Shown here piece after piece: positions 53,714-64,000 of a stretch of DNA of 64,000 nt (position 1 is the first letter of the stretch; each line of letters begins with the position of its first letter). The stretch lies in assembly GCF_964204645.1 (NCBI RefSeq), contig NC_134033.1, positions 4,426,231 to 4,490,230 of the forward strand. The letters are read 5' to 3'. The translations under genes and the position numbers were made by a program. Below the pieces are notes generated by a model. That model made no database searches. It saw only the letters and a list, made by a program, of their open reading frames with translations, and had not been told where the DNA came from. Source of the DNA: Tubulanus polymorphus. Lineage: Eukaryota > Animalia > Nemertea.

Positions 53714-56399
53714 GTCGTGGAGAAAATGTGCTACACGTAACATAAGAACTGTTCTATGCATGGAACTAATCACCAGTTACAGATTCCAGCTAACCGCGTG
53801 CGGCATCCTGTGTGTGTCCAGATAATACGTAGTCAACCTCGCATAAATCGCTTTGATACAAGTAGCGAAATCGTTCGGTCGCACGAATTAAGTCCCATTA
53901 GTTTCAAAACCTCTTTCAAATAGTGCTTTATGTATAAACCGCTATTTTATCTAGAGTCGCCATGTCAAAAATAAGACAGCACGAAATGGCTTCGAAATGA
54001 TGACTTAAAAAGTTCGTAGCCACTATAATCTACATGTAGCATAATTGTAATAAATCGTTGAATCTAATTCTGTTTCATGTAATGAATTTCTATGTTTGTA
54101 ATAAAACACTGATGTTCACTGGTACGAAAAACAACCGCTTCTATTACGAGATTATATAAAATTGAGAGGAGACCTCAAAATAACATGAAACGAATGATTT
54201 GAATCATCAATTAAAAAACCGCGTCTTCTAAAAATATACCCAAGAAATATCGAAATCAAAACAAACAGCGCACTCCCGAAATCAGCTCAAATATCAATAA
54301 AATAATTCAACCATATAAAACCAGAAATCTAGGTTCCACAGGAATAGGACCCGACCGAAACCGGCTGTCTGAACCTGAAACCAGTTGTACGTAAGTAAAT
54401 GTCATTTGTATTTTATAAGAAGTAGAGTTTAACTCTCCAACTCTTCATCTTACTCAAATCACACTTAACTCACGAACAGTCAAACATTTCCAATCAAGTT
54501 CAATTGTAAATAAATGCAACTTTTCCTGTTAAAAAGTTCCACTTGAAATTACAACTGTGTTTTATATCAACAGCTGAAATTATGTTCTAATTAAAGATCT
54601 ATCAACTAACTATTCTAACCTAGCCTATATATTCGGCCTACCCATTCAGGCTAGGGTTTGGGGGTAGGGAGGAGGATACTGAAATAGAGAGACATGTTAT
54701 ACAGGTCACACCGGAATTCTTCAGTCACTCTGTCATCATCATTCAACTTCATGTTCAATCTTCTGTGACTAGGGGGTCTTGTTCTTCTCACTGAAGAAGA
54801 ACATACAGGCCGTACCTGAATCGGGCCATTCTGTTGTGTGCTGGGGGTGAAGACACGTACTCTGTGGCATAGTCTTCTGGGGTCTTGTCTCAGCGATGAC
54901 CCTGAAATTGTCACGTTTATTTCAAGTAAAATATTTACATAAAAGGTGTTGTCTTATAAAACAATAAATTTGAAAAATCGGAAATTCTGAAAAAATAAAG
55001 TTAAAAACCTGAAAATAAAGAGAGACCCTGGAAAAAAAGAAGCATGAAATACAGGATCCTGAAATAGAGATATAAGTAATAAACAAACTGCTATTTTTAT
55101 CTGTAGACCCCGAGACCCACAGGACCCTGACGTTAATAGGACCCTCTTTATTGATTAACGCATTTGATTTAAGATTGTATTAATATTCATGCACTCCTAT
55201 AACTTAATCCCTCACCGAGTAAGTTCCTAAACTAACTTAACCTATAAATTATAATTTCAGCTGTTAATGTTTTTCGAACTTACAGTTTATCCAATCCTGT
55301 GTGTTTAATGTATATCCAATATAATGATAATCCTTGAGTCAATTTGAATCCTTGTGTTTTGGATAACAGTTATAAATCCGGTAATCAGTTTGAGCGCGAT
55401 TCCATTCCAACTAAATCCTGCGCAAGAAGACAATTCAAATTCCATTTAATTTCCAGTAACAGCTAAGTTTTTGAGAACAGTTTATCTTAAATTCGTTTCA
55501 GCGCGATTCCATACATGTTCACAAGAGGTGTCTACTTTTTTTACGGGAGACTGTTTGAGCCCCTCTGTCCAGAATGGTAAACCATATACCATCGCGACAA
55601 CCTCTAGGTGTGAACAAATACAAGACACCCAGGTGTAATAATCTGTGCGAACGACAAGAATTTTCGAACACAATGAAGTTTCATATTTCATATTATCTAA
55701 CTATCGGGGTCACTAGTCATAATCCATCTTCGCTCTATAAACTGCGCGGCTCTACAGATATCAATCAATTCTGAACTGCATGAAATATGTATCAATATAG
55801 TATGAATCAGATACTAGAAATATCTACTAGCAGTTGATTTGATTTGAAAATTTAACAATCACATTTGATGATGCCGCTAACACCAGGTCGTGCTGACAAA
55901 ACATTTTCATCTGTGATCGGACGCATAATTAGTTATACTCGTCGATGATTTGCTAATTGGTACGAAATATGCCTAATCTAAACTGAATGAAACCGGTTTC
56001 GATGCGACCCGCGCGTCACGTGGGCATTTGGCACATTTGACTTCTGTATCGGAAGACATAAACTTTGTTCTGTTGCGTTGAGTGTGAACACAAAATCCCG
56101 AGTTCCACTATGTTTGTCAAAGAAAATTATTGGATGTTGTTATGTATTTAATTTGAAGGAGTTTCCCTCGTTCTGCGGTACGGACGTCGCTTACCTCGGA
56201 GCGAAGTACTGATAAAAGAAGAATTGAGAACACGCGCCATCGAAATATTATCATTGTTGTTCGTGGTTTCGTGAAATTATTATAGTTTTTTTTTTCATAT
56301 TCGTGATTTTATCGATTTCGTTGCTTGACACGTTCATTGAGAGTCGTGTTTATATGGACGGGTTAGAACTGGACGCGCTCCGGATTCTTGTTTTTTAGA

Positions 56400-57505
56400 A
56401 TCGTTTCATATGCTTCGGAATAGTTAAGAACAGAAACCCACTACTCTCAAATATGAGTTTGAAGTCAAATCTGAAAATATGGAAAAAGGGGGTCTTTTCA
56501 ACTTCGAAAAAAATAGTTTAATTGAAGACGAACCGAACCAGATTTTGAGAGTTATTATAGATATTTAAAAGTTATTTGAAATAGTAGAAAATACTCTCAA
56601 ATAGTAGTCGTTGTCCGTTCAGCAAACCAATACAGTCGTGGATCAGAGGCGCGGGCAGTGGATGATTTTAAAGAAATTGAGAAATGGTCGAAATCTATAT
56701 GTAGAATTTCTGATTAAGAAATAAGAAATAAGCAAGTGCAGGAGTATTTCGACGCCGTAAAAAAAAGTTACGATAATTTTTATATACATTGATACCTAGT
56801 TTGAAGGGTTCTGTGCGAGTCTATGTGCACCACGTCATCGAAGTAAGTGTTTGAGCATGTGCATTTGTAGTTAGATATTAAGAGTTCTGCTTTCTCTTGA
56901 GCCACGCACTAACATAATTATAATAAATAATTATATAAACTATAATGAGGGTTGTAGAGGAGCCTATGTTAACCTTCTGTCCAATCAACAAAACCTATAA
57001 CACGAGACCCAGTTCAACAGTTCTGGTTAGGATTTGACTCAGAGTTAACTCATTGAAAATTGATTATTTTTACTCTTAACAGTTAACAGTAAACAGAGTT
57101 AACAGTAACTCACATGTGTAAAACTGGATCTAGAAGTCGCATTATGGGTTATTCATACAGGGACTTCTTTATCTGATGAAGCTGCTTGAAGCTGCTATTG
57201 TTGCAAAAGCTCGTATCTAGATAAGACTAAAATACTGTCTGTCTTTTACATGTTACTAAACGAACAAAAATGTTGTATGAAACTTGAAATCAATAGTTAT
57301 CTGACCAAATTTCTGCAGCGGATTTTCATACAGAAATATTCCACGAATTTCTCGTCCCGGTAAAAGATATATGTAGAAATTTACCACGAAGTTACACATT
57401 TGTAACTTTGCAAATTAGCCATAAAGAAATTCACTCATGTTCTTGTGAGATTTGGAAAAAAAGTGACAGTAGTGGATGGAACTGTAAATATTGCAAAGTA
57501 AGCCG
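56400..57505 (+). repeat. Segmental duplication, copy 2, including a minus-strand GPCR TM6-TM7 relic (about 57297-57505)
   Basis: Collinear with 42038-43520; the minus strand reads AIFTVPSTTVTFF...CNFVVNFYIYLLPGREIR. Confidence 0.78.
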
Positions 57506-58304
57506 TACGGTTATTTCTAATTTAAACAGTTATTGCTAAAGACACTCAGCGTTTTGAGGCGTGACGCATCTGCTGATCATGCAGTATATCAATGACATTA
57601 TTTGATGTTATTGCTCTGCTGGGTTTTACATGTTACATAATCAAAACGATACAAATCAGTACAAATGATATTTGTGAACGCGGCCGAGCTTACAGATATA
57701 TCCTGTTAAAATGCTGGTTTCGTGCATGATTTTGATTTTAAACTTCAGTTTATTCACTGGAACCAAACTACCGATAGGTAAGAGACGTATTGATTATTTG
57801 TGATCACGTTTACAGTATATTTCAATTCTTATATACAGTACAGTTTATGTATCCAATCTCATCACATTTGAAATACAAATAAAACTGTTCTGATGAGAAA
57901 CACGATTCTACAACTTACTAAAGAGACCTTATTTACAACTTTTATTCCGCCGTCTACAGTAGACTGCCATCTGAATCTTACCAGATGGCAATAGTGAAGA
58001 TGTCGAAACAAGAGTATGGAAATAACATAAGTCATATTGTGAGATTCAGGGTTCAATGGCAGTATTTCAATGAAAAAGCATTCCTACAGAAATTTCGTTA
58101 TTTGGGTCTCATTTATTCTCATGTATTGATGTGACTTTTTTCGAATTCGAAAAATATTTTCAAATAACTTTTCTAGACACGTGTGGACCTCGCCAGGCTC
58201 CGATGGAACATTATCGTGGAAAAGAGACAAGTTCCAGCTAGCACACAACGTCCATACAACATTCGGAAACGTTCGTGAAACTTTATAATGTAACGTTCAG
58301 GCAT

Positions 58305-58670
58305 CAGTCATCACCTAACTGTTGTATTGGGTGTCTACCAGTTAACCGTTCTGTGCAGTCATTACCTAGCTGTTGTATTGGGTGTCTACCAGTTAACCGT
58401 TCTGTGCAGTCATCACCTAACTGTTATGTAGGGTGTCTACCTGTCAACCGTCCTATGCAGTCATCACCTAACTGTTGTATTGGGTGTCTGCCGGTTAACC
58501 GTTCTGTGCAGTAATTACCTAACTGTCGTATAGGGTGTCTACCTGTCGTCCGTCCTGTGCAGTCATCACCTAACTGTTATGTAGGGTGTCAGCTGTCAAC
58601 CGTCCTGTGGAGTCGTCACCTAACTTGCGTGTAGGGTGTCATCTGTCAACCGTCATTTAGAGTCATCACC
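58305..58670. repeat. 51-bp minisatellite, about 7 copies
   Basis: Unit CAGTCATCACCTAACTGTTGTATTGGGTGTCTACCAGTTAACCGTTCTGTG, decaying toward the 3' end. Confidence 0.95.
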
Positions 58671-59769
58671 CTAGTACGTAAGGCGTATTACTACGCTTTT
58701 ACATTTCAGCTTGCGCATTAATTCCCCGATTTACTCCAAAAGTATATCTACACGTTGCACTACAATGTCGTATATCGGACTTGGGCCTGTACCCCTCACC
58801 CTGTTTAATCGAATATTCGGTTTAATCGCAGGGACTGTATGTAGTGAGTCTGACGAATTCTGAAAAGTGGCCACTTTCGGAAAAATTTATATCAGGCTCT
58901 GATTAGTGCTTAATTTTCAGGTAATACCTGGTAATGTTTGAAAAATTCCCATCGGATTAAAGAATAAAACGCATTTAAAAGTTAGAAATTCCGTTGTTTT
59001 AATTTTTGCCGCAAAAACCTACTACGATTTTTCTAGCAAGGTCTATGGTTTGTATGTTCATACTTCAATTATTACGTCAAATATGAGAAGATAAATTTAT
59101 AATACAAATATTTAAATCTTAGTGGACCCATTATTTGTTATAAATTTTCAATAATTGTTCGTATGAAATTATGATTAAATGTATTACCAAGTTTGTTCCC
59201 GGCGTTATTATGAAATTAACTTACATTACCGAGTTAGTAATGATAGACTGGGATATTTTGAGGGGACATATTTTCCAGGACATTTTTTCTGGGGACATTT
59301 TTCCCATTGACATATTTTCCAGGACATTTCTTTTCGGAAGATTTTACCGTATACCAAATCCAACATTTGGCTTCCGTCGGATTTCTCGGTAAATGAACCA
59401 ATCAGCGAACACAACAACAAATGCCTACTCGTCTGGAAGAAAATTGTCAGAATCATCATCATCGATATCGATTTGTTTAAACTTATAAAACAGATTATTA
59501 TCATATAAATGTATCAACTTCGAAATATCGATGATGCTTTGTTAAACGTACAAATGTTTCGAGCGTTGAGGAACAGGTAACTATTTCTCCATTGAATCCA
59601 TACGATGATTTACACACTTATAACGTAAAAGTATATAGAATTCAAGGTCATTCGAATTGACGCACGAAAGAAGTCTGCGAGGACGTTTGGGAAATCTATA
59701 TAACTTTCGAGATAGTTTCATAGTAATCAGCGAGCCGTAATTGAGAGTGAAGTCTGATTGGTCGACGCG

Positions 59770-60714
59770 ATGGCTGCAACTTCAGTTCATCGGAACCGCA
59801 CGAATCCCACTAATATCTACACAAGCGTCGTACTCGCAGCGAGTACGATAAACGGAACCTATCTGTGGTGTTACCTCGTATTCGCCAGTCTTTGTTTCGT
59901 GCTCGGATTTGGCGGCAATCTCCTCATCTTAATAGTTATGCTGCGACGTAATCTATGGCGACGTTCATTCAGTCGCATGTTCGTTCAGCTGGCCGTCTGC
60001 GACACATTGGTTCTCATCGGTTACTTCGCCAAATATATCAACGTTATATCATATGCATTTTATGGAAAATTACTGGTCAAACCGTCGACGCGAATTCAAT
60101 GTATACTTTTTGAGTATTTTATATCGGTTGGACTTTCGAGCAGTCCGTGGACGCTGGTCCTCGTATCCGCCGAGCGAATGTGCGTCGTTTGTTTTCCGTT
60201 TAGAGGTCCTCGTTTCTGGAGCCCGAATACAGCGTCGAAACTCTGTTTCTCCGTAATCTGCTTCATAGCGCTGATCTACAGTTTTCTATTTGTAACTATT
60301 GACGTTAGTGATAACGGTTGTACCTTTAAAGATGTGCTCACATTTACCAAGCCTTTGCTGTCGTCGATTCTCATCTCTATCGGCCCGTGTATTTCGTTAG
60401 CGATCACGTCCGCCATAACTTCCATCACGTTATTCAACAAAAGGGGAGACTCAGGAACAACCCGAGCATCTAAATACTCAAACCAGGTAACCGTGTTGGT
60501 TCTGGTACTGTGCGTTTTCTTCATGGTTACGACATTCCCCGCCACTTTAGTGAGCCCTCACGTCGGGACTAATGCGGGATTAAAAAAAATTTTCACCGCC
60601 CTCACCGATATTCTAATGATAAACTTTTCGTTCAATCTCTACTTGTATCTGATGACGGGAAAAGAGATCAGAAACGAATTGCGGAGTTTGTGCTTCGCAA
60701 AGAAACCGTCGTGA
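59770..60714 (+). CDS. Single-exon class A GPCR, peptide-receptor-like (314 aa from ATG 59770)
   Basis: GFGGN (TM1), LAVCD (TM2), ERMCVVCFP (TM3), TFP (TM6), NFSFNLYLY and GKEIR; N-glycosylation sequons in the N-terminus. Confidence 0.92.
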   Translation: MAATSVHRNRTNPTNIYTSVVLAASTINGTYLWCYLVFASLCFVLGFGGNLLILIVMLRRNLWRRSFSRMFVQLAVCDTLVLIGYFAKYINVISYAFYGKLLVKPSTRIQCILFEYFISVGLSSSPWTLVLVSAERMCVVCFPFRGPRFWSPNTASKLCFSVICFIALIYSFLFVTIDVSDNGCTFKDVLTFTKPLLSSILISIGPCISLAITSAITSITLFNKRGDSGTTRASKYSNQVTVLVLVLCVFFMVTTFPATLVSPHVGTNAGLKKIFTALTDILMINFSFNLYLYLMTGKEIRNELRSLCFAKKPS

Positions 60715-61145
60715 ACGCGGCCACGAAATATAGCTGTAGACATATCCAAAATCGTATAATACTCTTCACCCGGTGGCAAGACGGTCGTTATAAAAAATCG
60801 ATTACCTCGCTGCAGTCTATATCAGCACCCACCCTGTCTTCCATTTAACTAATCTAATCATTTAGAAAATCTGCATCCGCTAAATTAGACTATTTTAACT
60901 CTCGGTCTTTCTTTCCTCGTTTCAAATTTATCTAATTAGTAAAAATGAATCCGTTCCAACTTTTTAATCATATGGAGATTTCAGAATTCGCCGACGACTA
61001 CGAAAAAATTCCACTAGTTCATCGCCGTTGAACTCACCATTAAACTTAGTATCTATCAATGAATTAGGAATGATATCTTGAATATTAGTTTAATCAGTAT
61101 ACCCCGAGGCACGTCTTATGTATAAGGATCACGTCTATATACATC

Positions 61146-61232
61146 GTTGCTGCTGCTGTTGCTGCTGCCGCTGCTGTTGCTGCTGCTGGCTGCTGCTGCT
61201 GCTGTTGTTGTTGTTGTTGTTATTATCATTAT
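61146..61232. repeat. (GCT)n/(GTT)n trinucleotide microsatellite
   Basis: Directly visible. Confidence 0.9.
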
Positions 61233-64000
61233 AACATGAACAGCTGCATCTTTCCTCTATTTCGTCAAGAAAATCACATCACAGAAGACATTGTTCCGTT
61301 CAAATTTCCGGGTAGTTGCGGTAGTTACCGGGTATTTAGGTAACACAAAACGTCTAACAGAAAAACGATTTTCACGAAACAAGCACTGCGTGATTTGTGA
61401 AAACATTAGAATAGAATCACCGGATATTATTTTTTTTAAATACCACAGGTTAAAGGTTTAGAAGCCGAACTTTCACCTCCTTCGATTACTGTTTAAGTAC
61501 GGTTTATAATATAGGAACTCACAAGAGCTGTGAGTGTGTTTCCAAAACCATACACAGATTTAAATCGATGTAGATGAATGTCGTCGAGAACAGTCGTAGT
61601 CATCAACGTTAATCCGTGTCGAAAACCGATCAACCGAATCGTATTTTCAGTGCTTACTATAAATATCTCGTAATGTATACTATTTTGGGGAATTAAAGTC
61701 AAATCTATCGTACTCTACGTTGTCTGTTCTGTGGTGGTCGGTCGTCACCGTCGCCGCACAATTTGGAGTCGTTCCTATAGACAAATGTTATGATCAATCG
61801 TATCGTTAAGCGCACTGAAAGGGTTCATATATTACTTTGAAGATGATCAAGTAAAAAAGAGAGAAAGAGGGCTAATGGGGGCCAAGCAAAAAACATGTTG
61901 AGGTTTATTGCGAGTCAGTAACTCATAAACTAGTTTCCTTAGTTAAAAGCGATTTTTCGGAGATTAATTCCGATTTTGTAACCCGGAATAGACAAAATCA
62001 CATTTATTTGAGAAAACTAGTTTATTCGTTATTCCCAGTTACTTACTCTGAATTAAACCTCTAAAATTGCATTTAGAAACAAGACAAGAGTAGAAAAGAC
62101 AATGAAGATGATCAGGAGGTTAAGAATATAAGTGATTTAGGAACAGTTGTAAAAGTTAAAGGTTATCGCAGAGGATGGGAATTTGATTAGCTGAATTGCA
62201 AGGGTGTTGTGTTTTTCCACATAACTGAGGATGAACGTAATTACATCTCACACAATTTCACAACGACAAATTACGACAATTCAAAGTTATCACATGAGGT
62301 GTGGCCTATTGCACAGTGATATACACCTATGTGTTAGATAATTGATGAAATAATAATGCATGAATTTGAAAGGTTCAATTAAAACCAAGACCCTTTGGAA
62401 CGCCCTGATCTCCGTGAGAAAATGCACAGATTCCCTGGTCATTCTTTTCTCCAATTAGTATTTAGAAACGCCTTTGATACAAAATCCTTTATTTTTCACT
62501 TTTTCCCTATATTCCTTCAGTAGAATAAACACACTCAAACGCGTTGAACGAATATTAAGAACCCACTATCTACACGTTAAAATTTTTTTTAAATCGGGAA
62601 TTTATCTAATCAAATATTAAAACAACACGACCTAGAACTCAACCTAGAGATCATCGCCAGGCGTTCAAACTCCTGGATGATGATCTCAAAGGCGAGATCG
62701 AAATGTGGTGTACTTTTGATTATTTTTCTAGAGGATTTTGTATTTTAAAGGACAGTGTACTTTTGCCTGTGAACGATTTTGATGCCAAACCGCATTGCAA
62801 GTATATATAATATTATCTCTAGAGCAATGGAGCATGAGCAAAAAAAATAACGAATTAACAACGGTTAATTTAAAAAATCGAAAAGCGAACAGAGTGAGTG
62901 CAGTGCACTTTTCCGGGAGAAGAAGAGTACCTTCAGTGTGGATGATTGGATTGAATGGTTAGGTCTATGTGACTTATTTGTTTTACAATACAGTTAACCC
63001 CCAATATATCACCCTCAAATATCCTGTATTTCAAGTAATCATCTAATACATATTCCTATGCCTCACGTTGCACATCCAGGAAAAGTCGAATGGAAGTAGA
63101 ATGCCTAATCTTTCTTTTTTACCTAACCGTGAAACCTTACAAATTTGTGAATGACCGTCAAATGTCTGATTTATGAAATATATTAAAATGTAGAATACCT
63201 GGACATGGGCTGCCGAGATATTTTGTGCCCACATGAAGTGGGGGCAGTCGTTTGTTGTTTGGGTAATCGGAGATCCACTAGATGACACTATTCAGAACTC
63301 GGGCTTATAGAGAGCAATTTGTGCTAAATTCCAATCTTCAAGTCGTCTAAAACACTTGTTCAATGCATCGAAATAAAATGCTGCCTTGCAAACAATACTG
63401 CCAGACCATAGGTCACTGACGTACTGGTCGGAGTGGTGACTAGGCAATTACTCTGTTCTATCGTTATTTTAATACAAAGAAATATTTCTTTGTGTTTCAA
63501 GTGGATATGCTTTTAAAGCGGCACTTTCGGTGGAGAGAGGCGTGGCCACGGAAGAGGCGTGACACTACGGACTATCAATTAGATTGATGTGTGACACCCA
63601 GCTGGCGTATCTCCCATCGTAAATAAAATCACCAGACGATTCTTACCGCCGCAATTTGGTCCATGACAAACACTTTCACTGACGATATCGGATTATTCAT
63701 AACGGATCGAGAACCAAAAACTTGCATTTTCGAAAGCTGACTATTTCTATAAGAACGGGAATTTACATTGTGTGCTCTTTGCAGCGCCGTCATCGTAGAA
63801 TTTCTTATTGATTTCAAAACGGTGTATAAAAACTTTTTACCCAAGATCCGTCGTGAAGGAGCCGTGTCTGGATCGTGAATCACGCGAACAAGAAGAAAAC
63901 ACCAATCAATTAGTTGAACTTTGATGAGATATATTCACGAGTTAAAACAAATACGTCGATAAAGAAATGAACTCGACTTCAAATTACGCGAATGAAACTT

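Noticed and set aside
54810-54901. Isolated minus-strand exon-like block with good splice signals
   Set aside because: No recognisable product and no partner exons could be linked in frame.
62200-63430. Possible decayed coding or transposase sequence
   Set aside because: Many stops and no motif I could identify with confidence.

Overview
AT-rich eukaryotic (animal, probably lophotrochozoan invertebrate; inferred) genomic DNA with GT-AG introns; no prokaryotic features, rRNA, tRNA or CRISPR were seen. It is an intron-poor cluster of receptor genes undergoing birth and death. It holds two apparently intact giant GRL101/LGR-like receptors (CUB-like, C-type lectin, LDLa, LRR, 7TM). One is complete at 34575-41684 (3 exons, 1929 aa) and one is cut by the window start. 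A third copy is pseudogenised and interrupted by a Mutator-like element, and three stray 7TM fragments of the same family are scattered nearby. Also present: a 2-exon TRPV-like channel with an antisense GPCR relic and a long (TA)n in its intron; three single-exon class A peptide-receptor-like GPCRs plus several relics; a 2-exon Methuselah/adhesion-like class B GPCR; a divergent SLC18-like transporter; and a 3-exon secreted PAN + C-type lectin gene. Non-autonomous DNA transposons (MULE-like, Harbinger-like, IS3EU-like) and minisatellites are interspersed. The most notable signals are a sharply bounded hypervariable lectin module in otherwise near-identical GRL101 paralogues, and an unannotated minus-strand locus (10643-11560) of tandemly duplicated exon-like units that could encode alternative 'QDL' micropeptides or a repeated RNA motif. 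All exon junctions were worked out by hand from splice signals and reading frame; no transcript evidence was available.
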